From Myxococcota bacterium (GTDB lineage Bacteria; Myxococcota; Myxococcia; Myxococcales; Myxococcaceae), in contig JBMORE010000178.1 of NCBI GenBank assembly GCA_049322255.1, positions 1-55,493 of the forward strand: 55,493 bases of DNA. Direction: 5' to 3'. Both the position numbers and the translations under genes were made by a program. Each line of letters opens with the position of its first letter. The first letter of the stretch is position 1. Under the pieces are notes generated by a model, which was given only the letters and a program-made list of their open reading frames with translations, was not told where the DNA came from and did not search any database. Shown here piece after piece: positions 11,548 to 21,034 of this stretch.

Positions 11548-12519
11548 TCAAGGTAGGGGGGCGGGGGTCGGCGCCAAAGGCGCAGGCGGTTTCGCCGGCG
11601 CGGCAGGTGACGGGGAAGCCGGTTCTGCGCCTCCGTTGAGCCCCCGCTTGGCCGCCGCCAAACGCCCGCGCAGGGCGGCGGCGAACTCGCTCGCGGGGTA
11701 GGTGGCGAGCGCCTCGCGGGCCACCTCCGCGGCGCGCTCGTACTGCTGGGTTTGCTCGTACGCCTGGGCGAGCAGGAGCATCCCGTAGTCGCGGGTCTTG
11801 GACTTCTTGTCCTCTTTGACGAAGCGGGCCAGGTGAGGAATGGCCTGCTCATGCTTCTTGAGCTGGCTGAGTGCGGCGCCGAGAAAGAACGAGGCATCGA
11901 GCGCCTCGCCAGCGGCGGGGTTCATCGCCAGGAAGCGGTCGAGCTCGGTGACGGCCGTGGGGTAATCGTTCTTCCGAAAGGCGCTCTTACCCCGCTCGAA
12001 GGCGGCCTGCCCCACCTCCTTGCGCAGGGCCTCTGCGCGATCGGAGAGAGCGGCCTTTTCCAAGAGCGAGAGCCGGCTGGTGTCGAGCTTGACCAGCGAG
12101 TCGATGCCTTTGACCCGCTGCTCGCCCGGCAAGGTGGTCATCTGCTGGTAGACCTCGTTGGCCGCGCGCTGTGCCTGTGCCTGCGCCGTTCCTTCGGCCT
12201 TTTGCTTGTCGAGCTGGGTGTTGAGCTCGGCAAGCTGCTTCTCCAGCCGCTCCTTGTCCGCTCCCACGGAGGAGGTACGCGCCGAGGAGATCAGCATCGC
12301 GCCGGTAAGGCACAGCGCCGCGAAGACCAGATAGGCAACCCCCGACGACACCCACTGGCGCTTCTGAAAGTCCTCCTGCCGTTTGCCGACCATCTTGAGC
12401 TCGGCGTGCAGGTTCTTGAGCAGGTTGTCGGTCTTGATCACCAAGTTGCGGGATTCGATCACCTCACGGCGAATCTCCTCCAGTGACTTGTCCGACTCGT
12501 TTTTTGGCTCTGGCGGCAT
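11548..12519 (-). CDS. TM + coiled-coil + TPR protein (CpoB/YbgF-like C-terminus)
   Basis: Coiled coils flanking a TM; TPR helices ending LATYPASEFA. Confidence 0.8.
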   Translation of the reverse strand: MPPEPKNESDKSLEEIRREVIESRNLVIKTDNLLKNLHAELKMVGKRQEDFQKRQWVSSGVAYLVFAALCLTGAMLISSARTSSVGADKERLEKQLAELNTQLDKQKAEGTAQAQAQRAANEVYQQMTTLPGEQRVKGIDSLVKLDTSRLSLLEKAALSDRAEALRKEVGQAAFERGKSAFRKNDYPTAVTELDRFLAMNPAAGEALDASFFLGAALSQLKKHEQAIPHLARFVKEDKKSKTRDYGMLLLAQAYEQTQQYERAAEVAREALATYPASEFAAALRGRLAAAKRGLNGGAEPASPSPAAPAKPPAPLAPTPAPLP

Positions 12520-12594
12520 CGGCAGGGTGGGAGAGTTTCTCTTGACGGTGGCGTGTCTCACGCGACGTCTTTACCGCGGCGCGGCGGCCCGGCG

Positions 12595-13239
12595 CTAGAA
12601 GCGGCGAAAGCCCGTCTCGCTCCCCGGCTCGGAGGGGAAGTAGGTGGTGAAGCCCACGGAGAGCCAGTGTCCTCCTCCGTTGACTCCGCTGATGTGAGGC
12701 ACCATGCCACGCGCAAGGAGCAGCTTGTACTCCAAGGAGAGCCCCCAGCGCTCTCCCAAACGTACAGTGAAGCCGGCGGTGGCGGCATAAGCGGTGGTGA
12801 GCACCTCATGGGGCCGCTCCAAGCTCCGGCTCGAAACGAGGATGAGGGCGGGCCCGGTATGAACGCCGAACGAAGGCACCAGGGCGTCGAAGAAGAGCCC
12901 AGGCTTTTGCAGGCGCACGCCGATCAAGCCGCCGTAGGTCGTCGAACCGATCGGCTCCATCCCTGACAGGCGCAACGTCTCCGCTCCGCCGAAGAGGTCG
13001 ATTCCCACCTCGATCTCGTCGGTGGCGGCGTAGGCGAAGGAGCCGGTGACCTGCGGCCCGCCTAGAGATGGGCGCTCCGGGTCGTGCCCGGCACGCGAGG
13101 CGGAGTCGTAAAAGTAGTCGTTGGGAGTCAGCCGCCACCCCGGGTACGCGGTGATGCGGCCCACTCCCTCCATTCGGCGCGCTTGCGCACCGGCGGCCGC
13201 GGGCAAAAGGAGCGCCGCCACCCCAAGGAGCGTCTTCAC
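12595..13239 (-). CDS. Outer-membrane beta-barrel protein (OmpA/OmpW-like)
   Basis: Signal peptide, alternating amphipathic strands, near-terminal aromatic residues; GTGA overlap with upstream gene. Confidence 0.7.
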   Translation of the reverse strand: MKTLLGVAALLLPAAAGAQARRMEGVGRITAYPGWRLTPNDYFYDSASRAGHDPERPSLGGPQVTGSFAYAATDEIEVGIDLFGGAETLRLSGMEPIGSTTYGGLIGVRLQKPGLFFDALVPSFGVHTGPALILVSSRSLERPHEVLTTAYAATAGFTVRLGERWGLSLEYKLLLARGMVPHISGVNGGGHWLSVGFTTYFPSEPGSETGFRRF

Positions 13240-13640
13240 CACGTCTTCCAACCGTCGTTCGCCGCCGGACGCTTGGGCGTCGGCGCCGGAGGCGGAGACA
13301 TGACCCGCGGCAAGGGAATGGCCCGAGGCGCTGGTTCGTCGTTGCGCACCAACCGTGGCGACGGAGACGGAGGAGGAGTAACCGGCGCGTGGGCCGCCTC
13401 GGGCTTGGGCACCGCACCCATCCCCGCCTTGTCCTCGAGCAGCTTGACGTACATGCGCAGCTCGGCAATCGCCTGCTCCTTCTCCATCAACCGCCGGTAG
13501 AGGTCGACCCGCCGCTCCTTCTCCTCCATCAGCTCGGAGTGCAGCTGCATCAGCGACCCCATCGCCTTCTCCGCGAAGGCGGCGGGGACGATCGTCTGCA
13601 CCGAGGTGGCCAACAGCTCGTTTTCGTTCACAGGGCTCAC
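13236..13640 (-). CDS. Hypothetical coiled-coil/Pro-rich protein
   Basis: AAGGA RBS before GTG; coiled coil LHSELMEEKERRVDLY; ends DGWKTW. Confidence 0.7.
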   Translation of the reverse strand: MSPVNENELLATSVQTIVPAAFAEKAMGSLMQLHSELMEEKERRVDLYRRLMEKEQAIAELRMYVKLLEDKAGMGAVPKPEAAHAPVTPPPSPSPRLVRNDEPAPRAIPLPRVMSPPPAPTPKRPAANDGWKTW

Positions 13641-13641
13641 C

Positions 13642-13788
13642 CTATTCCTTGAAAGCCACGTCGAGGAAGGTGGTTTTTCTCCCGTCGAGACAAACCCACA
13701 CGCACTTGACGAGGCAGCGGAAGCCGAACTCCCGCCAGATGACACGGAAGTTCAAGAGCACGTCACGGTTGGTGATGACTCCGCGCAT
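13642..13788 (-). CDS. Small 48-aa hypothetical protein
   Basis: GGGAGG RBS before ATG; MRGVITNRDVLLNFRVIWREFG...TTFLDVAFKE; fills the gap exactly between mutL and the next gene. Confidence 0.7.
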   Translation of the reverse strand: MRGVITNRDVLLNFRVIWREFGFRCLVKCVWVCLDGRKTTFLDVAFKE

Positions 13789-13851
13789 CGTTGCCCTCCC
13801 GCGCAACAGGCTCGAAGCACACCGTAGCAGCACCGGAGGTCGGGTCAATTT

Positions 13852-15606
13852 TTAGGAACCGGCGCGGCGGCAAAGCTCCAAGAACGGCGTCTCGCTCACC
13901 ACCACCTGTCCGTGCAGGCAGGAGGCGTGGAAGTCGGAGCGATCGAGCTCGGCGAACAACCCCGCCACCTCCTCTTGGGACATCTCCCGCAGCGACCCGA
14001 CCGCATGGCAGGCGAGCAGACGCACCGCTGGCAAAAGCTCCTCGACGTTCGCCTCCCCTGCCGGAAGAAGCCGTGACAGCTCGACCAAGAGCTCGACATG
14101 GTCGATGCCCACCAGCGAGGGAGGCACCGACTCCAGCGCGAACGAGGAACCCCCAAAGGGAGAGAGGGTGAGCCCCAAGCGCGCCAAGGAAGAACGACGA
14201 GCGGTGATTGCCTTGGCTGCCTCGGGTGGCAGCTCCACGGTCGTGGTGAAGAGGGAGGGTTGCGCGGCGGCAGGCGGCCCTTCCACATGGCGCACAAGCT
14301 CGCCAAGCCGCACCCGTTCTAGGGCCGCGTGGGGGTCGACGACCACCAGCGTTCCTCCTCTGCCCTCGCAGACGAAGAAGCGCTTGCCCAAGGTGCCCAG
14401 GTAGCGCAGCTGGGTGAAGTACCCTGGCGGCGGCGCCTCGTTGAGCGAAGGGCGCGCCTGGCCATAGGCGGGCGGCGGCTCGGCGGCGACGGGGGTGAAC
14501 AGCGGCTCGGAAAGCCCGTCAGCGGAGGCGCGCGACAAGAAGCGTTCCACCGCGCTGGCGTAGTGCGCGCCCGGCAAGGTTTCGGACGGCCCGCCGGGCA
14601 CCGGCATCAGATGGACAGACGTCTTGAGCGCGCGGCTCACCGCCGAGAGCACCGCGTCGTGCACCCCGCGCCCGTCGGCAAAGCGCACCTCGAGCTTTTG
14701 CGGGTGAACGTTCACGTCGACGGCTCGCGGGTCCATCTCCACGAAGAGCACCCCCACCGGCTGGCGTCCGGGGGGCAGCGCGTCTTGGAAGGCGCGCACC
14801 ATGGCGTGGTGGAGGCCGCGATCGCGCACGAAGCGGTGGTTGACGAAGGCATACAGGCCGCGCGCGGAAGGCAGGGTGTATTCGGGCGAGGCAACCCAGC
14901 CGTGCACCCGAATCCCCAGCCGCCGCTCGTCGACCTCGAGCAGGTGGGGGTGAACGTCTTTGCCCAACGCGGAGGCGATGCGCTCTTTCGGGTCCGCCTC
15001 GCACGCGGGGCTGGTGAAGAGCTCTCTGCCCTCGTGCGCAAGGAAGAAGCTCACCTCCGGGTGGGCCAGCGCCAGCCGAACGAGCGCCTCCTCGCAGTGG
15101 GAAAGCTCGGTCTGTTCACGGCGCATGAACTTGCGCCGGGCCGGAGTGTTGAAGAACAGCTCGTCGACGTCGATGCGGGTACCGCCAGAGGCCGGAGCGT
15201 CCTCCACCGTGGGTGCTTCGCCGCCGTCGATGTGCAAGCGGGTGCCGAGGGGCGCGTTCGGCTCGCTGGTGGTGAGGGTGAAGCGGCTCACCGAGGCGAT
15301 CGCTGGCAGCGCCTCTCCGCGAAAGCCCTTGGTGGAGATGCGGAAGAGGCCCTCCAAGTCGAACAGCTTGCTGGTGGCGTGGCGGTGGAGCGCCAGTTGG
15401 GCATCTTCGCGGGACATGCCGTGCCCATCATCGGTGACGCAGATGGAGGAGAGCCCCCCTCCCGCCAGCGCCACCCGCACCGTGCGCGCGCCAGCATCGA
15501 CCGAGTTCTCGCACAGCTCCTTGACCACGGAGGCCGGCCGCTCCACCACCTCGCCGGCGGCGATCTTGTTGACCAGCTCTTCGCTGAGGACGGCGACCTT
15601 GGCCAC
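13852..15606 (-). CDS. mutL: DNA mismatch repair protein MutL
   Basis: NKIAAGEVVERPASVVKEL, DDGHGM, HATSK, GFRGEAL, FFNTPARRKF and DVNVHPQKLEVRF motifs. Confidence 0.97.
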   Translation of the reverse strand: MAKVAVLSEELVNKIAAGEVVERPASVVKELCENSVDAGARTVRVALAGGGLSSICVTDDGHGMSREDAQLALHRHATSKLFDLEGLFRISTKGFRGEALPAIASVSRFTLTTSEPNAPLGTRLHIDGGEAPTVEDAPASGGTRIDVDELFFNTPARRKFMRREQTELSHCEEALVRLALAHPEVSFFLAHEGRELFTSPACEADPKERIASALGKDVHPHLLEVDERRLGIRVHGWVASPEYTLPSARGLYAFVNHRFVRDRGLHHAMVRAFQDALPPGRQPVGVLFVEMDPRAVDVNVHPQKLEVRFADGRGVHDAVLSAVSRALKTSVHLMPVPGGPSETLPGAHYASAVERFLSRASADGLSEPLFTPVAAEPPPAYGQARPSLNEAPPPGYFTQLRYLGTLGKRFFVCEGRGGTLVVVDPHAALERVRLGELVRHVEGPPAAAQPSLFTTTVELPPEAAKAITARRSSLARLGLTLSPFGGSSFALESVPPSLVGIDHVELLVELSRLLPAGEANVEELLPAVRLLACHAVGSLREMSQEEVAGLFAELDRSDFHASCLHGQVVVSETPFLELCRRAGS

Positions 15607-15693
15607 GCGTTCGTCGCATACCCTACGGGCGGGCTCGTTGGGCTGACAAAAAGCGTGCTTTTGCGCTATCAGCCCCAACGGATGAGGAAGACC

Positions 15694-16764
15694 ATGGCCA
15701 AGGGCGTTCTGGGCAACGACCCCTTCCAGCAAGGCGCGGCCTCCCGTGAAACCAAGTTGCCCGTGCTGGCGCCCAGCACCGCACAGCCCCATGCGGGCTC
15801 TCCCGAGCTGGTCGGAGTGGTCAACGACCAGGCGCTGCCCCACCCTGCCTCCCCCGACCTACTCGAGGTGCGGACTCCGGACAAACCGACGGCGGCGGAG
15901 CCGAACGTGAACGTGAGTGCGCTGGCCCCGCCGACGGCCAGCGCTCCAGCGTGGCGGCAGGCACTCGATGCGGCCAAAGGACTGGCGCGCGTCCTGGCCA
16001 CGGGCTTGGGCACAGCGGCCGGCACGGAGGTGGACGCGTACGGCCGCGACGCGACGCTCCTACGCAACGTTTCTCCGCTGGCGAGCTTCCTCTTCGAGCG
16101 CTACTGGCGAGTCCAGGTCGAAGGGGCCGAGCACGTCCCTTTGGGGCGAGCCGTGCTCGTCGCCAACCATTCGGGGGCCCTGCCCTTCGATGGCCCAGTG
16201 CTTTCGCTGGCCCTGCGGCGCGAGCGTCCTCAGCTTCCGCAGGCGCGCTGGCTGGTGGAAGACCAGGTGTTCTACGCCCCCTTCCTCGGCCTGTTGGTCA
16301 ACCGCCTGGGGGCGGTGCGCGCCAGTCCCGAGAACGCCACCCGCCTTCTCGACGAGAGCCGCCCAGTCATCGTCTTCCCCGAGGGGATTCACGGCCTGAG
16401 CAAACCCTTCCAGGAGCGATATCAACTTCAGCGCTTCGGCCGCGGCGGGTATGTGAAGCTCGCGTTGCGCACTGGCGCGCCCATCATCCCGGTGGCGGTG
16501 GTGGGTGCCGAGGAGTCGCTGCCGCTTTTCGGCAAGCTGCCCGGAGGATGGCTGGGGCTGCCGTACCTCCCGCTCACTCCGCTGGGGCCCGTGCCCCTAC
16601 CGGCGAAGTGGATCATTCGTTTCGGCGAGCCGATCGACCTGGGCGGGCTGACGTCCGATGCCGCTGAAGACTTGGCCGAGGTGCAGCGCCTCAACGACGC
16701 CACCCGTGAGGCCGTCTCCAGCATGCTCGCCGCGCTCTTGCAAAAGCGAAGCTCGGTCTTCTAG
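15694..16764 (+). CDS. Lysophospholipid/glycerol acyltransferase (PlsC-like)
   Basis: NHSGALPFDG (HX4D-type), FPEG and PIIPVAVVG motifs; disordered N-terminus. Confidence 0.9.
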   Translation: MAKGVLGNDPFQQGAASRETKLPVLAPSTAQPHAGSPELVGVVNDQALPHPASPDLLEVRTPDKPTAAEPNVNVSALAPPTASAPAWRQALDAAKGLARVLATGLGTAAGTEVDAYGRDATLLRNVSPLASFLFERYWRVQVEGAEHVPLGRAVLVANHSGALPFDGPVLSLALRRERPQLPQARWLVEDQVFYAPFLGLLVNRLGAVRASPENATRLLDESRPVIVFPEGIHGLSKPFQERYQLQRFGRGGYVKLALRTGAPIIPVAVVGAEESLPLFGKLPGGWLGLPYLPLTPLGPVPLPAKWIIRFGEPIDLGGLTSDAAEDLAEVQRLNDATREAVSSMLAALLQKRSSVF

Positions 16765-16811
16765 AGAAGACCTTTCGCGCCCGGCCGGCGCGCGCCGTTT
16801 CGAGGCTCTCG

Positions 16812-19800
16812 ATGACCTTCCGCTTGCTTCTGGTGCCGTGCGCCCTGGTGTTGTGGGCGTGTCCCGAAAAGAAACCACCCCCACCGCCGCCGTCAGGACG
16901 CTGCGAGGTCGATCTCGAAGACACCGGGTTGTTCTCGGCGGTCGGTAGCGGCGCCCGCGCCAAACAAATCCAATCGCCCGACGAGCTGGTGGGAGGTCCA
17001 CACGCGCACGGAGCGGTGGGCGACTACTTGCTGGAGAACGACAAGATCCGCGTGGTGGTGCAGGGCCCAAGCCGCGAAATTGGGCCCTTGCCCTACGGGG
17101 GCGTCATCCTCGACGCCGACTTGAAGCGGCCAGCGGGCGAGGCAGGGGGCGACCAGTTCGGCCGCGCGGGGCTGCTCTACGCTTTCGGGCGAACGATCAA
17201 CGCCACCCAAGTCGAGGTGCTCGACGATGGCGCCAACGGCGGGCCGGCGGTGATCGCCGCCACCGGCCTGGACGCACTGAACGACTACATGAACATCCCC
17301 TTGATCATCGACGAGTACCTCGGCTTGGGGGTGGACTTGGTAATCGATCCCGAGTTGCCCCTCCCCTTGCGCACGACCACCTACTACGTGCTCTCCCCGG
17401 GAGAGAATCGCGTGCGGGTGCTCACCGCCTTCTGCAACGAAGGAGCGGACAATGTCGTCGTTCCCCTTGCCGACCTTCTGGAGCAAGGGGGCACCACCGA
17501 TTACTTCAACCCCACCGGCTGCAAGAACGGCCTGGGTGGCAACAAGGAGTGCCTCGTCGATCCTTCTCCCTGGTTCGGCTTCCAAGGCGATGGAGTGGCT
17601 TACGCGCTGCGCAGCTACAAGCTCACCGACCCTCAGCTGCCCGAGGAGAACAACGCGCTCTTGGCCGTTTCGGGTGTGGTGGCCCTGCTGGCCGGCGGCA
17701 AAGACCAGTCGGCGCTCTTGAGCTGGTTGGATTCAGAGGCCACGAAGCGTCCGGGAGCCTTCGGCATCATCGGCGGTTCCCAGCGCAACTACCTGCGCGA
17801 CTTCCTCGTGGTGAGAGATCTCGGCGAGGTCACCTCCTTCGTCACCGCCCAACGCGGCGGCGCCGGGGGACGGCTGGAAGTGACTGTCGTGCAGCCCAAC
17901 GGCCTCCCCGTGACAAATGCCCGGGTGGCGGTGATCGACGCCGTGACTGACAAGCAGCTCACCGTGCTCGTCAGCGGTACCGATGGCAAGGCGCGCGTCG
18001 ATCTGCCTGCAGGCGGCTACAAGGTCTCGGGGGCAGTGGAAGGTCGCGCCCCCAGCACCTTCGCCAACGCACAAGTGGGCAGCTCGGGGAAGACCGAGGT
18101 GAATCTCACTTTGGGTGAGACACGCAGGCTCTTGGTCAACGTCCGTGACCCTTTTGGCGCGCCGCTCTCCGCCAAAGTGACCGTGCTCTGTCCCGGCGGG
18201 CTGTGTTCGGTGCAGGCGATCTCCTACACCCAACACTTTCAGCTCGAAGAGCTGCCTTCGAACGTCGCGGCGCTGGGGTTGGTGCCGCCGCACGGAACGC
18301 TCGAGCTGTGGTTGCCGCCCGCGGCGTACGAAGTGGTCGTCAGCCGCGGTCCGGAGTACTCGGTGTGGCCCGATGCGTGGCCGGCGCGTGCCGAAGCGGT
18401 GGATCTGACCTCCACGGACCAAACTCTCTCCGCCGTCTTGGCGCACGTGATCGACTCCACCGGGTGGATGAGCGCCGATCTCCACGTTCACGCCGTGAAC
18501 AGCCCTGACAGCTCGGTGCCCAATGAACGGCGGGTGCTCAGCTACCTCGCCGAGGGCGTGGACGTACTGGTGTCCACCGACCACGACGTCATCACCGACT
18601 ACGCGCCAGTGATTCGCGCACTGGGGGCGGAAGGGGTGATCGGCTCGATGATTGGCTGCGAGGTGACGCCTTTCAACTTCGGGCATCAGAACGCGTACCC
18701 GGTGACACGGGCGGACACTCCCACCGGCGGCTCCTTCGACTGGGCGGGCGGCGAGGGTCCCACCTTGCGCCTCGACCAGCTCTACGCCGGACTCACGGAG
18801 CGCTTTCCCCACGTCGTCCTTCAGATGAACCACCCCCGCAGCCAGAACATGGGCTCGCTCACCACCCTCAAGGTGGACACTGCCACCGGAGCCACCCACG
18901 CCGACCCGGTCACCTTCCGCATGGAGCCCGCGCAGGGCGCCACCCCCAACGACACCAAACTCTTGAGCAACGCCTTCCACGCGCTCGAGGTGGCCAATGG
19001 CACCTCTGCGAGCACCGCAGTGCTCAACGACTGGATGACTTTCCTCTCGCGAGGAAGCGTGAAGACCGCCACCGCCACCTCCGACTCGCACGACGCGTAC
19101 AAGGTCACCGGAGGCTACTCACGCACCTACGTGAACCTCGGCGTGGACGATCCGGGAACGTTCGACCCGGTGGCGTTCTCCGCGGCGCTGAAGCAGCAGC
19201 GGGCGACGGGCACCAACGGGCCCTTCTTACGCGTCGGAGCGCGCCGGCTCGACGCCGCGGGCCAGCCGACGAACGTCACCGCCCAAGTGGGCGACACATT
19301 GCGTTTGAATGCGGCGGCTGGAGAGAAGATCGAGCTCACCGTCGACGTACAGGCGCCGGAGTGGATGACCTTCGACACCATCGAGGTCTTCACCCACGCT
19401 GATGGGCGCGAGGCGGTGAACGGCCAAGCGAACAGCACCTGGCCTCCCGAGCGGGTGCACGCCGTCAGGACGCTCGATCCTCTGGCGCTGCCGCTGGAGC
19501 CGGTGCCGGGGCAGAACGGCCAAAGCTTCCGCCGCGTCCACGTCACCGAGACATTCGTGCTCACTCCGACCGTCGACACCTGGTACGTGGTGATGGTCCG
19601 CGGCGGCGCGCAGTCACGCACACTCTTCCCGCTCATCACCCGGGGGGTGAAGTGCACCGGCGGCGTCTGCACCGCAGGGAGCGACAAGGCATACGCCTTC
19701 TCCAACGCCATCCTCGTCGATGCCGACGGCAGCGGCGCGTACGACAACTTCCCCCTTCAGATTCAACAAGGCCTGACGATGCCTCTGCCGCCGAGAGAAC

Positions 19801-19877
19801 CCGCATCGCGCAAAGTCCCCACCCATGAGGAGCTCGAGCGCGGCTTACAGGCGATGCTGCGGCACGAGCACGAATAG
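16812..19877 (+). CDS. Large lipoprotein, CehA/McbA-like PHP-domain metallohydrolase
   Basis: LWAC lipobox; DLHVH, STDHD, GCEVT, NHPR and SDSH metal-ligand motifs. Confidence 0.88.
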   Translation: MTFRLLLVPCALVLWACPEKKPPPPPPSGRCEVDLEDTGLFSAVGSGARAKQIQSPDELVGGPHAHGAVGDYLLENDKIRVVVQGPSREIGPLPYGGVILDADLKRPAGEAGGDQFGRAGLLYAFGRTINATQVEVLDDGANGGPAVIAATGLDALNDYMNIPLIIDEYLGLGVDLVIDPELPLPLRTTTYYVLSPGENRVRVLTAFCNEGADNVVVPLADLLEQGGTTDYFNPTGCKNGLGGNKECLVDPSPWFGFQGDGVAYALRSYKLTDPQLPEENNALLAVSGVVALLAGGKDQSALLSWLDSEATKRPGAFGIIGGSQRNYLRDFLVVRDLGEVTSFVTAQRGGAGGRLEVTVVQPNGLPVTNARVAVIDAVTDKQLTVLVSGTDGKARVDLPAGGYKVSGAVEGRAPSTFANAQVGSSGKTEVNLTLGETRRLLVNVRDPFGAPLSAKVTVLCPGGLCSVQAISYTQHFQLEELPSNVAALGLVPPHGTLELWLPPAAYEVVVSRGPEYSVWPDAWPARAEAVDLTSTDQTLSAVLAHVIDSTGWMSADLHVHAVNSPDSSVPNERRVLSYLAEGVDVLVSTDHDVITDYAPVIRALGAEGVIGSMIGCEVTPFNFGHQNAYPVTRADTPTGGSFDWAGGEGPTLRLDQLYAGLTERFPHVVLQMNHPRSQNMGSLTTLKVDTATGATHADPVTFRMEPAQGATPNDTKLLSNAFHALEVANGTSASTAVLNDWMTFLSRGSVKTATATSDSHDAYKVTGGYSRTYVNLGVDDPGTFDPVAFSAALKQQRATGTNGPFLRVGARRLDAAGQPTNVTAQVGDTLRLNAAAGEKIELTVDVQAPEWMTFDTIEVFTHADGREAVNGQANSTWPPERVHAVRTLDPLALPLEPVPGQNGQSFRRVHVTETFVLTPTVDTWYVVMVRGGAQSRTLFPLITRGVKCTGGVCTAGSDKAYAFSNAILVDADGSGAYDNFPLQIQQGLTMPLPPREPASRKVPTHEELERGLQAMLRHEHE

Positions 19878-19883
19878 ACGAAG

Positions 19884-19917
19884 CCCTCTCCCTCTGGGAG
19901 AGGGTTGGGGTGAGGGG
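19884..19917. repeat. REP-like short palindromic repeat
   Basis: CCCTCTCCC-TCT-GGGAGAGGG hairpin plus TTGGGGTGAGGGG tail; related copy at 32298-32330. Confidence 0.85.
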
Positions 19918-19937
19918 CGCTTTCTACCAGAGCCATC

Positions 19938-20630
19938 ATGTCCACGACCCCCGTCATCCTCTACACCCACGAAGAGCTCGAAGGCCCCTGCCTACTCGGT
20001 CCAGCTCTCACCGAGGCCGGCTTCCACGTGGAGGAACGCCTGCGTGCTCCCCGAAGGGAGGACATGAGCGCTCCGCTGCTCGTGGTGATGGGCGGACCCA
20101 TGGCGGTCTACGAAGCAAGCCGGCACCCCTTTCTCCTCGAAGAGCTGCGCATCATTCGCGAACGGCTTCGCCGACGTCGGCCTGTCCTGGGCATTTGCCT
20201 GGGCGCGCAGCTTTTGGCCGCGGCGGCGGGCGCTCGGGTCTACCCCGGCACCGCGGGCTTCGAGCTCGGGGTGGGGCCGGTGACGTTGGCGCCTCAAGCC
20301 CAGGATGACCCCGTCTTCGGGAAGTCACCTTCTCCGCTCGACGTCGTGCACTGGCATCAGGACACCTATGACGAGGTGCCCGGAGCGACACTCTTGGCCT
20401 CCAGCGAGCGCTATCGGCAGCAAGCTTTTCGCCTCGACCATTCCTACGGCATCCAGTTCCACATCGAGCTCGACCCCGAGACATTGACGCGATGGGCTGC
20501 GGCATCGCCTGAAATTCTCCAGCGAGCAGGCATCGCCGACGTCGGCTTGTCCAAACTCGAGGCCGCACTCCCAGAGCTCGAGGCCCTGTTGACTCGGCTC
20601 GCCCGCCAGCTAGCGACGGTCGCGTCATGA
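19938..20630 (+). CDS. Class I glutamine amidotransferase
   Basis: MGGPM, GICLGAQL (catalytic Cys), WHQD and QFHIE (His-x-Glu) motifs. Confidence 0.93.
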   Translation: MSTTPVILYTHEELEGPCLLGPALTEAGFHVEERLRAPRREDMSAPLLVVMGGPMAVYEASRHPFLLEELRIIRERLRRRRPVLGICLGAQLLAAAAGARVYPGTAGFELGVGPVTLAPQAQDDPVFGKSPSPLDVVHWHQDTYDEVPGATLLASSERYRQQAFRLDHSYGIQFHIELDPETLTRWAAASPEILQRAGIADVGLSKLEAALPELEALLTRLARQLATVAS

Positions 20631-20668
20631 ACCGGCTACTCGTCCCACCGCGCGGACTGACCGTCTAC

Positions 20669-20876
20669 GAGGGAAATACTCTGAGGATGCTCGTAGGCGA
20701 AGGTGAAATCTTCCGGAGGGGCGAGGGCTGTCGGGAGAAGTTCTCCCAAGACGCAGCGCGTCATCGGGGGAAATCCTCACTTCTGACGAGAGTCCGCGCA
20801 GAAAATCCTCGCTGACGGTAGGCGCCCCAAAATGAAATCCCTGCCCGTGACAAACATCGCCGACGCACCTCCTCGC
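20669..20876. repeat. 32-bp-period array of quasi-palindromic 15-mers with unique spacers
   Basis: Core GAAATCCTC-like motifs at 20673, 20705, 20737, 20770, 20802, 20834 and, degenerate, 20866. Confidence 0.65.
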
Positions 20877-21034
20877 CTCTGACCGGTGTCCCGCATGTGG
20901 ATTGCCGTCCTTGGAGAGACCCTTTAAGAAGATTCCTGCGCTGGCTGCCCGTGGGGCTGCCCGGCCTGTCGCGGGCGGCACGCTGCTGAAAGCGTGGGCA
21001 CGGCTTCGTGGCAGTTTTGAGGTACCTTTTCCTC

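Noticed and set aside
20669..20876. CRISPR array interpretation of the 32-bp periodic region
   Set aside because: Repeats are only about 15 bp and degenerate, spacers about 17 bp, and there are no cas genes in the window.
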